In this document: piece after piece, positions 46,861-56,746 of the stretch
Numbering within the stretch: position 1 is the stretch's first letter
How the letters are laid out: every line of letters begins with the position of its first letter
Assembly: GCA_963775425.1 (NCBI GenBank)
Contig: CAVZJB010000003.1
Span: 256,001-320,000 of the forward strand
Direction: 5' to 3'
Source of the DNA: an uncultured delta proteobacterium
GTDB lineage: Bacteria; Myxococcota; UBA727; VGSZ01
DNA length: 64,000 nucleotides
Position numbers and translations under genes: made by a program
Notes under the pieces: generated by a model
The model's input: the letters and a program-made list of their open reading frames with translations, nothing else
Database searches by the model: none
What the model was told of the DNA's origin: nothing

Positions 46861-49239
46861 TTGCCGCTTAGGCTGCGCGCCGTGCGCGTCGCCGTCGCCC
46901 CCGTTCACCTCGTCCTCGTGGTCGCGCTCGCCGCCGCTGCGCCGGCGGTGCGCGCGCAGGACGCGGGGCCGCCGCCGCCGCCCCCCGCAGAAAACCCCGC
47001 CGTCGACGAGCCGGCGGAGCTCCCCTCCGAGGCGCCCACCGCGCCCGCGGGCGGCGTGGGCGACGTCGGACAGGTCGCGCGCGTTCTCGAGGGCGTGGAA
47101 TTCAAAGGCCGCGTGTACTTCCGCGAGGAGACCCTCAAGTCGTTCATGCTCCACCCGCTGCCCGGCCCGCTGGACGAGGAGCTGCTGCGCGCCGACGCCG
47201 GCCGCATGGCGCAGCGCTACCACGACCGCGGCTACCTGAAGGCCACGGTGGCCGTGGAGGTGACGCCGGGGACGCCGCCCAAGGGCGCGAGGGCGGTGTT
47301 CACCATCCACGCCGGTGAGCGCGCCGAGCTGCAGAAGGTCCACGTGGTGGGCAACGTCAACGTCGATGAGGCCGCGCTCAAGGAGGGCTTCTTCTCGCGG
47401 CCGCCCGAGCCGCTCGGCGTCCTCACCCGCGCCGGCTTCTTCCATCGGCCCTACCTCGACCAGGACGCCCAGCGCCTCGTGGCCAACTACTACAAGCGCG
47501 GCTACCTCGAGGCGCGCGTGCTCGACACCCGCGTGGAGGCCAACCCCACGCTCGACGGGCTGGACGTCACGCTCCGCGTCGTCGAGGGGCCGGTCTACGA
47601 GCTCGGCGGGCTCCACTTCGTCGGCGAGCTGCCCAAGGACGCCGACCTCCCGGCCATGCGCGCGCAGATCAGCATCAGGGACGGCGATGTCTGTGACCTC
47701 GTCTCCATCCAGCAGCAGGCGGACAGCCTGTTGAACCCGCTGCGCGAGGAGGGCTACCCGTTCGCGCGCTTCGAGCAGTCGGTGCAGGTGGTGCCGCCGC
47801 CGTCGCACGACCCGGAGCATCGCGCGGTGGCGCTGACGCTCAAGTTCGTGCGTGGGCCCAAGCCCGTGGTGCGCAGCGTGATCATCGCCGGGAACAAGGG
47901 AACGGCGGAGCACGTCATCCGCCGCGACGTCGCGATCAAGGAGGGAAAGCCCTACGACTACGCCGCGGTCAAGGAGACCGAGCGCAACCTCATGGGCACC
48001 GGCTTCTTCCAGCGCGTGCAAGCGCGGGCCATCCCCACCGGGGACCCGCAGGTGGTCGACATGGAGGTCGACGTCGTCGAGCAGCAGACGTGGCTCGCGT
48101 CCATCGCGCCCGCGTTCGACACCACCGCCGGCGGCGAGGGCCTCATCGGCGTCGGCATCCTCGCGGACAGGAACTTCCTCGGCACCGGCATCTACGTGTC
48201 GACGTTCGCGCGGTTGTCGTCACGAAAGCAGACCTTCGATCTCACGGCCAGCGATCCGCGCTTCCTCGACTCGCACGTGGTGCTGACCGGGGAGCTGCAC
48301 CGCCGCGAGATCAGCTACCTCGCGTTCCGCACGCGCTCCGAGGTCGGGGGCGGCCTGCGCACCAGCGTCCCCGTCGGCGGCGGGTTCTACGTCGGCGGCG
48401 GCCTCGGCGCCGAGTACGGCGGCGTGGTCCTGTACAGCAAGAAGGCCGGCGATCCCTTCGACGGCCCGCGCATCGTCCCCTCGGAGCTGTTCCCCACGGG
48501 CGTGCTTCGGAACCCGCTGTCGGTGTCGCTGGCGTGGGATCACAGGGACAACATCCTGCTGCCGAGGAACGGGGCGTACGCCAGCCTGTCGTCGACGTAC
48601 GCGGGGCCGTTCACGCTCAGCGGCGTGGACTTCCTCGACAGCGGCGCGCAGCTCAAGCTCTTCTGGACGCCGCTGTTCAACATCACGCTCAAGTCCAACA
48701 CCGACCTCGGCGGCGTGTTCTCGCCACACGGCGGCCGCGTCCCGGTCACCGACCGCTACTTCCTCGGCGGCCTGGGCAGCGTGCGCGGCTACCCGGCCCT
48801 GTCGCTCGGCCCCGTCGAGGCGGTGCCGTGCACGCCGCGGACGTCGGATGCGTCGGCGGTGCGCGACGGGTGCACGCCCGTGAGCTCCCAATCGTCCGCA
48901 ACCGGCGGTGGAACGATCGGGGTCGAGGTCGGCGGCGTCGTGCGCGCGGTCCAGAACCTCGAGGTGGAGTTCCCGCTGTGGCCCCAGACGCCGTTTCGCG
49001 GCTTCCTCTTCCTCGACGCCGGCAACACCTTCAGCGAGAGCGAGCTGTCGCAGGTCTTCGCCGGCAAGAGCATCGGCGCAGGGAGGCAATCCGCGCTCAA
49101 TCTCTACTTCTCCACGGGCTTCGGCTTCCTGATCGAGACCCCGGTGCTGCCCTTCCGCTTCGAGTGGAGCCTGCCGCTGCAGAAGAACACGCAGCTGTCC
49201 GATCTGAGCTTCTTCCTCGGCATCGGCTCCGCGTTCTGA
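46861..49239 (+). CDS. BamA/Omp85-family outer membrane protein (start uncertain)
   Basis: POTRA-like Y..RGY repeats; RNFLGTG; YFLGGLGSVRGY; FLDAGN; terminal Phe. Confidence 0.9.
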   Translation: MPLRLRAVRVAVAPVHLVLVVALAAAAPAVRAQDAGPPPPPPAENPAVDEPAELPSEAPTAPAGGVGDVGQVARVLEGVEFKGRVYFREETLKSFMLHPLPGPLDEELLRADAGRMAQRYHDRGYLKATVAVEVTPGTPPKGARAVFTIHAGERAELQKVHVVGNVNVDEAALKEGFFSRPPEPLGVLTRAGFFHRPYLDQDAQRLVANYYKRGYLEARVLDTRVEANPTLDGLDVTLRVVEGPVYELGGLHFVGELPKDADLPAMRAQISIRDGDVCDLVSIQQQADSLLNPLREEGYPFARFEQSVQVVPPPSHDPEHRAVALTLKFVRGPKPVVRSVIIAGNKGTAEHVIRRDVAIKEGKPYDYAAVKETERNLMGTGFFQRVQARAIPTGDPQVVDMEVDVVEQQTWLASIAPAFDTTAGGEGLIGVGILADRNFLGTGIYVSTFARLSSRKQTFDLTASDPRFLDSHVVLTGELHRREISYLAFRTRSEVGGGLRTSVPVGGGFYVGGGLGAEYGGVVLYSKKAGDPFDGPRIVPSELFPTGVLRNPLSVSLAWDHRDNILLPRNGAYASLSSTYAGPFTLSGVDFLDSGAQLKLFWTPLFNITLKSNTDLGGVFSPHGGRVPVTDRYFLGGLGSVRGYPALSLGPVEAVPCTPRTSDASAVRDGCTPVSSQSSATGGGTIGVEVGGVVRAVQNLEVEFPLWPQTPFRGFLFLDAGNTFSESELSQVFAGKSIGAGRQSALNLYFSTGFGFLIETPVLPFRFEWSLPLQKNTQLSDLSFFLGIGSAF

Positions 49240-49267
49240 GACCTTCGCGGCGGGCGTGACGCCGTCG

Positions 49268-49705
49268 TCAGCGCAGCCCGCGAGCGGGCGCGGCTTCGCC
49301 GAGCAAGCGCGCTGCCTCGGCTTCGGCGGCGTAGTCGCGCACCTCGCCGCGGACGAAGACGACCTCGTCGTCGAAGGGCCGGCCCTCCCAGTCGAGCGGC
49401 AGGAAGAAGCCGGCGTCGGGGCCGCCGGTCTCGTCGATCTCGGCGACGAGGCCGTCGAGGTAGTCGACGGCGCGGTCGACGGCGCCGTCGCCGCGCGCGA
49501 ACACGAAGACCTCGTGCGCCTTCCTGTCGTCGCCGAGGCGCGCGCACAGCGCGGCGGCGCCCGGGCCCGCGCGGCCGTCGACGGCCAGCCCCTGCGCCGC
49601 GGCCCGTCCGTGGCGCTCGCGCAGCGCCCCGGCGACGCCGTCGACGAGGGCGCCGTCGAGAGCGTCGGGGGTCTCCCGCGCGAGGTCGGGGGCGCTCCTG
49701 TCCAT
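49268..49705 (-). CDS. Hypothetical protein
   Basis: Fills the gap between the BamA-like and RecA-like genes with plausible composition. Confidence 0.5.
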   Translation of the reverse strand: MDRSAPDLARETPDALDGALVDGVAGALRERHGRAAAQGLAVDGRAGPGAAALCARLGDDRKAHEVFVFARGDGAVDRAVDYLDGLVAEIDETGGPDAGFFLPLDWEGRPFDDEVVFVRGEVRDYAAEAEAARLLGEAAPARGLR

Positions 49706-49825
49706 CGCCCGGGATCTAATCGAAACGACGCCCGCTCCCAAGGGATCCGCCGCGCCGCCGCCCGCGCGGGCGCACGCGGCCGCACGAGCGGCACGCGAGC
49801 TGCTTCACGGCGGCCGGAGGTCCCC

Positions 49826-50569
49826 ATGGCACCGCTCAGCCGCGCCCTCGAGCGCGCGAACGAGATCTTGCTCAAGGCGTCGCTCACGCTCCTCGGCGAC
49901 GACGGCAGGCCCGCCGCGCCCGAGCGCATCGCCACCGGCGTCGACGAGCTCGACGTCGTCCTCGGCGGGGGCCTCGTGCGGGGCAAGCTCGTCGAGGTCT
50001 TTGGCCCGCCGAGCGGGGGCAAGACCGCCCTGGCCCTGCGCCTGGTCGCGGGTGTCCAACGCGGCGGCGGCACCGCGGCCTTCATCGACGCCGAGGGCAC
50101 GCTCGACCCTCCGCGCGCCGCCGCCGCCGGCGTCGACCTCAGGACGCTCGTGGCCGCGCGACCCGCCGACGGCGAGGAGGCGCTGCAGATGGTGGACGCG
50201 CTCCTGCGCGCCCGGGCCGCCGACCTCGTCGTCGTCGACTCCGTCGCGGCGCTCGTCCCCCGCGCCGAGCTGCTCGCGCCCATGGGCGAGTCACCCGCCG
50301 GCCTCCACGCGCGGCTGATGAGCCAGTCGCTGCGGCGCCTGGTGGCGCAGGCGCAGGCGGCGCGGGCGGTGGTGGTCTTCTTGAACCAGGAGCGCCGCGA
50401 CTTCGGCGACGACGGCAAGGGCTTCACGACGACGACGGGAGGCCAGGCGCTCCACTTCTACGCGGCCTCGCGGCTGTCCGTGAAGCACGCCCACGGCAAG
50501 ATCCTCGTGCAGGTGGCCAAGGACCGCTTCGGCGCCGAGGGCCGGGTGGCCGTGCTCGCCGTCGTCTGA
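49826..50569 (+). CDS. Short RecA paralogue (ATPase core only)
   Basis: GPPSGGKT, FIDAE, VVDSVAAL, ARLMSQSLRRL, FLNQ, TTGGQALHFYA; about 247 aa. Confidence 0.85.
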   Translation: MAPLSRALERANEILLKASLTLLGDDGRPAAPERIATGVDELDVVLGGGLVRGKLVEVFGPPSGGKTALALRLVAGVQRGGGTAAFIDAEGTLDPPRAAAAGVDLRTLVAARPADGEEALQMVDALLRARAADLVVVDSVAALVPRAELLAPMGESPAGLHARLMSQSLRRLVAQAQAARAVVVFLNQERRDFGDDGKGFTTTTGGQALHFYAASRLSVKHAHGKILVQVAKDRFGAEGRVAVLAVV

Positions 50570-50572
50570 CGC

Positions 50573-50959
50573 TCAGCCCTTGGTGACGATGATGCGGTCC
50601 GCCTCGAAGCGGACCCGCACCGAGCCGCCCTTCTTCACGCCGAGGGGCGTCAGCGGCAGGCGCAGGAAGGCGCCGCCGGTCTTGATCTGCTGCGCGCGGT
50701 ACTTCCGCTCTTCGCCGATGCCCGGCATCGAGCGCCCGCGGCCGCCGGAGCCGTAGCGCTCGCCCACGTAGTTTTCGAGCGCCTCCACGCTGCGGCCCTG
50801 CTGCTTGAGCTCCCTGAGCGCGCGCCGGATGACCGTCCCGGCGGATTTTCGCCCGGCCACGAGCTTCTCCACGCCGTGGATGCCGTCGAGAAGGTACGCG
50901 ATCTGCACGTCCTTGAACGAGACGACGGTGCGCTTGGCAGAAGCCTTCTTGCTGGCCAT
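50573..50959 (-). CDS. Small basic protein with AbrB-like C-terminus
   Basis: LRLPLTPLGVKKGGSVRVRFEADRIIVTK resembles a swapped-hairpin motif. Confidence 0.65.
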   Translation of the reverse strand: MASKKASAKRTVVSFKDVQIAYLLDGIHGVEKLVAGRKSAGTVIRRALRELKQQGRSVEALENYVGERYGSGGRGRSMPGIGEERKYRAQQIKTGGAFLRLPLTPLGVKKGGSVRVRFEADRIIVTKG

Positions 50960-51025
50960 TTGTTCATCCTCGCTACCAGAAACGGTGGATGAACCGTGAA
51001 TAGCGCTCCGCCATTTTTCATGCAA

Positions 51026-52177
51026 TCAAGAATCGAGGGCGCGAAGCAGGTCTTCGGTCAGATCTGCAATGTCCTCGATTCCCACGGAAATCCGGATCAG
51101 ACCGTCGTCGATCCCGAGGGCTTTGCGGTTCTCGGGAGGCACCGACGCGTGCGTCATGATGGCGGGGTGCTCGATCAAGCTCTCGACGCCACCGAGGCTC
51201 TCGGCGCATGCAAAGAGACGCGTCGCGGACAGCAACCGGCGCGCTTTCTCGAGCCCGCCCTTCACCACGAACGAGATCATGCCCCCGGGGCCTCTCATCT
51301 GCCTCTTGCACAGATCAAACTGCGGATGTGAAGCGAGCCCCGGATAGTAAACGCGCTCCACCTCCGCGTGGCCGGCGAGCAACTCCGCGATGACGCGCGC
51401 GTTTTCGACGTGTCTTTGCATGCGCACGTGCAAGGTCTTGGTGGAACGCAACAACAGGAAGCAGTCCATGGGCGCGGGCACGCCCCCGGCCGACTTCTGG
51501 ATGAAGTAGAGGCGCTCCCGCCACTCGTCGTCGTTGGTGGCGATGGCGCCGCCGATGACGTCGCTGTGGCCGCCGAGGTACTTGGTGGTGGAGTGCACCG
51601 CGAGGGTGGCGCCGAGCGCCAGCGGCTGTTGCAGCCAGGGCGTGGCGAAGGTGTTGTCCACGGCGACGGGGACCTTGCCGGCGACGTCGACGACGGCGGC
51701 GATGTCGACGAGCTTCAGCATCGGGTTGGTGGGCGTCTCGAGCCACACGAGCTTGGTCTTGTCCGTGAGCGCCGCCTTCACGTTGAGCGGGTTGGTGAGG
51801 TCCACGTACGAAAACGCGATCCCCATCCGCTGAAAGACCTTGTCGAACAGCCGGAACGTGCCGCCGTACATGTCGTCGCCGGCGACGACGTGATCGCCCG
51901 CGGACAAGCACAGGGCCACCGCGGTGGTGGCGGCGCAGCCCGACGAGAAGCACAGGCCGTGCTTGGCCCCTTCGAGCGAGGCGATGTTGTCCTCGAGCGC
52001 GAAGCGCGTGGGGTTGTGCAATCGACCGTAGTCGAAGCCCTTGTGGACCCCGGGGCCTTCCTGCACGAACGTGGAGGTCTGGTAGATGGGCGTCATGATG
52101 GCGCCCGTCGTGGGGTCGGGGGTTTGTCCCGCGTGGATGGCGCGGGTGCCGAATCCTGCTTTGTCGCCGAGCTTCAT
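51026..52177 (-). CDS. Cystathionine gamma-lyase/synthase family PLP enzyme
   Basis: [46 protein letters not shown]. Confidence 0.95.
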   Translation of the reverse strand: MKLGDKAGFGTRAIHAGQTPDPTTGAIMTPIYQTSTFVQEGPGVHKGFDYGRLHNPTRFALEDNIASLEGAKHGLCFSSGCAATTAVALCLSAGDHVVAGDDMYGGTFRLFDKVFQRMGIAFSYVDLTNPLNVKAALTDKTKLVWLETPTNPMLKLVDIAAVVDVAGKVPVAVDNTFATPWLQQPLALGATLAVHSTTKYLGGHSDVIGGAIATNDDEWRERLYFIQKSAGGVPAPMDCFLLLRSTKTLHVRMQRHVENARVIAELLAGHAEVERVYYPGLASHPQFDLCKRQMRGPGGMISFVVKGGLEKARRLLSATRLFACAESLGGVESLIEHPAIMTHASVPPENRKALGIDDGLIRISVGIEDIADLTEDLLRALDS

Positions 52178-52284
52178 CCGGTCCTGATCGCACACAAGCG
52201 TGTCCCTGCACACAGGGACTGCCGGCTTCCGGCGCGCAAGCCCGCTGCACGGACGTTGGCACGCTTTTCGGTTTGCACGAGCGC

Positions 52285-52926
52285 ATGCGCACCCCCATCA
52301 CCCCCCTCCTCGTCGCGCTCGTTCTCCCGTTGGCCCTCACGGCCTGCAAGAGCGCGGGCACCCGCCCCACCGACATGACCGCGCCGGAGCACCGCGCGGC
52401 CGCCGACGTCCAGCGTGACGAGGCGGCGAAGGACGCCGCGAAGTACGACCCGGACGCGCTGGCGACCCAGTTCGTCGACAGCCCCACCGGCACCGGCACC
52501 AACGTCGTCGATTCCAACCCCACCGAGCGCTACAAGATCGCCGCCGAGCAGCACCAGCGCCTGGCCCGCGCGCACGAGAAGGCGGCCGCGGCCCTCGAGG
52601 CGTTCGAGGGGGAGGCCTGCAAGGACATCAAGCCGGCCGCCCGCGCCGCGTGCCCGCTGCTCGGCCCCGTGAAGGACGTGAAGGACATCCTCGGCGGCGC
52701 CCGGGTGGAGCTCATCTATCCCGGTGAGGCCGACGCCCTCGCCGCCCGCATCCAGTGCCACATCGCGTTCGCCAACGTCCACGGCACCGCGGGCCTCGAG
52801 TCCTGCCCGCTGTACATGAAGGGCGTCACCGTGACGGTGAAAAACGGCGAGCTGATCTTCAAGACGCGCTCCGGCGATGAGGTGAAGCACCTCCGCGAGC
52901 TCCTGCGCGAGCACATCATGAAGTGA
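52285..52926 (+). CDS. Hypothetical lipoprotein
   Basis: LTAC lipobox; His/Cys-containing helical domain. Confidence 0.75.
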   Translation: MRTPITPLLVALVLPLALTACKSAGTRPTDMTAPEHRAAADVQRDEAAKDAAKYDPDALATQFVDSPTGTGTNVVDSNPTERYKIAAEQHQRLARAHEKAAAALEAFEGEACKDIKPAARAACPLLGPVKDVKDILGGARVELIYPGEADALAARIQCHIAFANVHGTAGLESCPLYMKGVTVTVKNGELIFKTRSGDEVKHLRELLREHIMK

Positions 52927-52964
52927 GCGTCGCGCCCGGCCGCGGGCCCGTGTATACGGCCGGG

Positions 52965-53795
52965 ATGAAGCTCACCGGAAAGACCGTCTTCGTCACCGGC
53001 GCGTCCCGCGGCATCGGGCGCGCCATCGCCGTCCGCTGCGCGAGGGACGGCGCCAACGTCGTGCTCGCCTCCAAGACCGGCGAGCCGCACAAGAAGCTCG
53101 CGGGCACCATCCACACGGTGGCCAAGGAGGTCGAGGAGGCCGGCGGCAAGGCGCTGCCCGTCGTCACCGACGTGCGCTTCGAGGAGTCCGTGCAGGAGGC
53201 GGTCGACAAGTCGGTGGCGGCCTTCGGCGGCATCGACGTCCTCGTGAACAACGCCGGCGCCATCTCGCTCACGGGGCTGGAAGACACGCCCGTCAAGAAG
53301 TTCGATCTCATGATGGGCATCAACGCGCGCGCGGTGTTCCTCTGCACCAAGCTGTGCCTGCCGCACCTCGAGAAGTCGACCAACGCGCACGTGCTCTCGC
53401 TGTCACCGCCGGTGAGCCCGGACCCGCGCTGGATCAAGGGGCACGAGGCGTACACCTTGTCCAAGTACGGCATGACGCTGTTGTCGATGGGCTTCGCGGA
53501 GAGCTTCCGCGAAAAGAACATCGCGGTGAACACGCTGTGGCCGCGCACCATCATCTCCACCGCCGCCATCGACATGCTCATGGGCGACGACGGCATGAAG
53601 AAGTCGCGCACCGCAGACATCATGGCCGACGCCGCATACGAGATCCTGAGCACGGAGAAGCTCGCGCTCACCGGCCGCGCCGTCATCGACGAGGACCTGC
53701 TGCGCGAGCGCGGCGTCAGCGACTTCTCGAAGTACCTGAGCGCGCCGGGCGTCGAGCCGCTGCCGGACCTGTACGTCGGCGAGCCGTGGGGCTGA
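52965..53795 (+). CDS. SDR oxidoreductase (HSDL2-like)
   Basis: TGASRGIG, NNAGAI, YTLSKYGM, LWPRT. Confidence 0.92.
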   Translation: MKLTGKTVFVTGASRGIGRAIAVRCARDGANVVLASKTGEPHKKLAGTIHTVAKEVEEAGGKALPVVTDVRFEESVQEAVDKSVAAFGGIDVLVNNAGAISLTGLEDTPVKKFDLMMGINARAVFLCTKLCLPHLEKSTNAHVLSLSPPVSPDPRWIKGHEAYTLSKYGMTLLSMGFAESFREKNIAVNTLWPRTIISTAAIDMLMGDDGMKKSRTADIMADAAYEILSTEKLALTGRAVIDEDLLRERGVSDFSKYLSAPGVEPLPDLYVGEPWG

Positions 53796-53886
53796 TCTTC
53801 GCGGCGCTGCGACGCGGCTCGGCGGCGCGACGTCCGTCGCCGGCGCCGGCGGGGGCGCGAAGCTCGGCCTTCAGGCTCGCCCTCCC

Positions 53887-54432
53887 GTGAGCGCGGCGCT
53901 CTCGCTCGACCTCGCGCACGCGCGCAGGCTCTCGCGCGATGACGCCCTGTTGCGCGCCGTCGGCCGCGACGCCCGCGTCGTCGTCGACGCCACGGCGGGC
54001 CTCGGGCGGGACGCGGCGGCGCTCGCGCGCCTGGGGATCAGCGTGGTCGCCGTCGAGCGCAACGCCGCCGTCGCCGCCGCCTGGCGCGGGGCGCTGAGGC
54101 GGGCCCCGTCGACGCTGTCGCTCATCGAGGGCGACGCCCGCGAGGCCCTCCCGGCGCTGCTCGCGTGCGGCCTGGTCCCCGACGCCGTGCTCGTGGACCC
54201 GATGTACCCGGACGCCGACCGCAAGGCGGCGCAGGGGCGCGAGCTGGTCGAGCTGCGTGCGGTGGTGGGCGACGGCAGCGACGCCGACGCCGCCGAGCTC
54301 CTCGCCGTGGCACGCGCCTGCGCCGCGCGCGTCGTCGTCAAGCGCCCGAAACGCGCCCCGCCGCTCGGCCCCGGCGTGGCCCACGCGTGGACCGGGGCGT
54401 CCACACGCTACGACCTCTACCTGCGGGCGTGA
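53887..54432 (+). CDS. rsmJ: 16S rRNA m2G1516 methyltransferase-like (short)
   Basis: DATAGLGRDA, DPMYP, RVVVKRP, TRYDLY. Confidence 0.8.
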   Translation: MSAALSLDLAHARRLSRDDALLRAVGRDARVVVDATAGLGRDAAALARLGISVVAVERNAAVAAAWRGALRRAPSTLSLIEGDAREALPALLACGLVPDAVLVDPMYPDADRKAAQGRELVELRAVVGDGSDADAAELLAVARACAARVVVKRPKRAPPLGPGVAHAWTGASTRYDLYLRA

Positions 54433-54459
54433 CGGCGCCGAAGCGACGAGCGCTCGCCG

Positions 54460-55272
54460 CTAGCCGGCTTTGGGCTTGAAGCGCCGGGCTTCGAAGGCCA
54501 ACGAGTGGCCCCAGGCGCGGACGGCGTCGAGCGAGGAGCGCAGCTCGGAGATGCCCTCGTTGGCCATCATCTCGCGCGCTTGATCGAGGGCCTCGCCGAG
54601 GCGCTTTTCGAGGTCGATCTGGATGCGCTGCTCTTCCTCGACGAGCTCGCGGGTCTTGTCCGGGTTGCCCTCGGCCTCGGTGCGGCGCTGGATGGCGTCG
54701 GCCATGGCGCGCTGCGCCTGGACGGGCAGGGGGATCTCGACGACGCCGACGCTGGGGGCGCCGTTGTCTTTGCGCTCGAGGACGGCGCGGCCGTGGACGA
54801 GCAGCGCGGCCTTGTCGGCCTCGGCGTCGCGCTGCCAGTGCTCGACCTCGTCCTTCAGCGCCTCGATGCGCCGCTTGGCGCCCGCGAGCGCGTCGCCCTT
54901 GGCGGCGTGCAGCGCGCGACCGAGCGAAGAGCGCAGCGCCTCGATGAGCGAGATCTCTTCCTCCACGAGCTCCGCGATCTCCCGCGCCTCGGCGACGGCG
55001 ACGGCGGAGTCCTTGGGCAGCTCCTGCCACCCCTCGATGCGCGCGCCCGTGTCCTTGTGCATGCGGTCCACCGCGGCCGTGCGGTCTTCGATCTCCTCGG
55101 CCAGGTGGCGCATCGCGCGCGCCTCGCGGTTTTCGGGGACCGCCCGATCGTGGGGGACGGCGCGGGCGAAGACGCCCGTCTGCGTCGGCGGCGGCGGAAA
55201 GACCTTCTCGATGTCCGCCCGCAAAGCCGAAGCGGCGTCCGCGACGCCGCGCTTTTCCTGAATGGCGCTCAC
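54460..55272 (-). CDS. Hypothetical coiled-coil protein
   Basis: Glu/Ala/Arg-rich helical ORF directly downstream of the CBS gene. Confidence 0.65.
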   Translation of the reverse strand: MSAIQEKRGVADAASALRADIEKVFPPPPTQTGVFARAVPHDRAVPENREARAMRHLAEEIEDRTAAVDRMHKDTGARIEGWQELPKDSAVAVAEAREIAELVEEEISLIEALRSSLGRALHAAKGDALAGAKRRIEALKDEVEHWQRDAEADKAALLVHGRAVLERKDNGAPSVGVVEIPLPVQAQRAMADAIQRRTEAEGNPDKTRELVEEEQRIQIDLEKRLGEALDQAREMMANEGISELRSSLDAVRAWGHSLAFEARRFKPKAG

Positions 55273-55276
55273 AGCT

Positions 55277-56692
55277 TCACCTCGCCATATGCTCGATGAG
55301 GTCGATCTTGGTCAGGAGCGACAACACCTGCGGCTGACCGCCGTTGGGGCTGCGCTCGATGACGACCGCGATCTTGCCCTGCGCGAAGTGCTGCGAGAGC
55401 GTCGCGATGGAGGTGTCGCGCTCGACGGTGGCCGCGTCGTTGGTGTCGGCCAAGGGCCCCACCGGCGACTTCATGGTCACCTCTCCGTGGACCAGCGCGT
55501 TCAAGACCTTCACCTCGCTGACGAGGCCAAGGAGCTTGCCGGTGTCCGGGTCGATCACGGGGAGCTGCGAGATGCCGTGGGTCTTCATGCGGTCGATGAC
55601 CACGCCGAGGGCGTCGTTGGGACCCGCGGAGATGAGGGCGCCACGGTTGCCGCTCTTGATGATGTCGTCGACGACGCCGGCGACCACCACCTCGCGCTCG
55701 AGGAGCCCGGCGTCCTTCAGCCACTCGTCGTTCAAGAACTTCGAGAGGTAGCGGCTGGAGCTGTCGGGGATGATCACCAGGATGCGCAGCGGATCGCCGC
55801 CCGCGCGCGTGACGCGCTCGGCGTACTTGATGGCGCCGGCGACGGCGGAGCCCGAGGAGCCGCCGCACAGGATGCCTTCCTCGCGGATGAGGCGGCGGGC
55901 CATGACGAAGCTCTCGCGATCGTTGACCTGGACGATGTCGTCCATGGTCTTCAGATCCATGGTGCCCGGCATGAAGTCCTCGCCGAAGCCCTCGACGTAG
56001 TAGCTGTGCGGCGTGGGCCACTTCCCGGTGTGGAAGAGGTCGTAATAGATGCTGCCGACCGGGTCGACGCCGACGACCTTGATGCCCGGCTTCTGCTCCT
56101 TGAGGTAGCGCGAGTTGCCGACGACGGTGCCGCCGGTGCCGATGGCGATGACGAGCACGTCGAGCTCGCCGCCCGTCTGCTCCCAGATCTCCGGGCCCGT
56201 GTGCCGGTAGTGGGCGTCGGGGTTGGCGGGGTTCCAGTACTGCTGCGCGTAGAAGCTGTTGGGCGTCTCCTCGGCGAGCCGCTTGGCCACCGAGTAGTAC
56301 GAGCGCGGATCCTCGGCGTCCACGTTGGTGGGGCAGATGACGACCTGCGCGCCCACCGAGCGGAGCGCGATGCGCTTCTCCTCGCTCTGCTTGTCCGCCA
56401 TGACGAAGATGCAGCGGTAGCCTTTGACCGCCGCGGCCATCGCGAGGCCCATGCCGGTGTTGCCGCTGGTGGCTTCGATGATGGTGCCGCCGGGCTTGAG
56501 CTTCCCGCTCTTCTCGGCCTCCTCCACCATGTGGACCCCGATGCGGTCTTTCACCAATCCGCCGGGGTTCATGAACTCGAGCTTGGCGTACAGCTCGACC
56601 TGTGGCGGCAAATGTGCCGTCACCTTGTTCAACTTCACGATCGGCGTACCACCGACGACCTGGGTGACGTCGGCTCTTGCGCCCTTCATCAT
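55277..56692 (-). CDS. Cystathionine beta-synthase with C-terminal CBS domains
   Basis: KLEFMNPGGLVKDR, TSGNTG, GTGGT, PDSSSRYLSK; GISQLPV CBS pair. Confidence 0.93.
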   Translation of the reverse strand: MMKGARADVTQVVGGTPIVKLNKVTAHLPPQVELYAKLEFMNPGGLVKDRIGVHMVEEAEKSGKLKPGGTIIEATSGNTGMGLAMAAAVKGYRCIFVMADKQSEEKRIALRSVGAQVVICPTNVDAEDPRSYYSVAKRLAEETPNSFYAQQYWNPANPDAHYRHTGPEIWEQTGGELDVLVIAIGTGGTVVGNSRYLKEQKPGIKVVGVDPVGSIYYDLFHTGKWPTPHSYYVEGFGEDFMPGTMDLKTMDDIVQVNDRESFVMARRLIREEGILCGGSSGSAVAGAIKYAERVTRAGGDPLRILVIIPDSSSRYLSKFLNDEWLKDAGLLEREVVVAGVVDDIIKSGNRGALISAGPNDALGVVIDRMKTHGISQLPVIDPDTGKLLGLVSEVKVLNALVHGEVTMKSPVGPLADTNDAATVERDTSIATLSQHFAQGKIAVVIERSPNGGQPQVLSLLTKIDLIEHMAR

Positions 56693-56746
56693 GGGAAGGC
56701 TCCGTACGCCCGCACTACCACAATTTCTCCCCTGGGGAGGGGGGAA

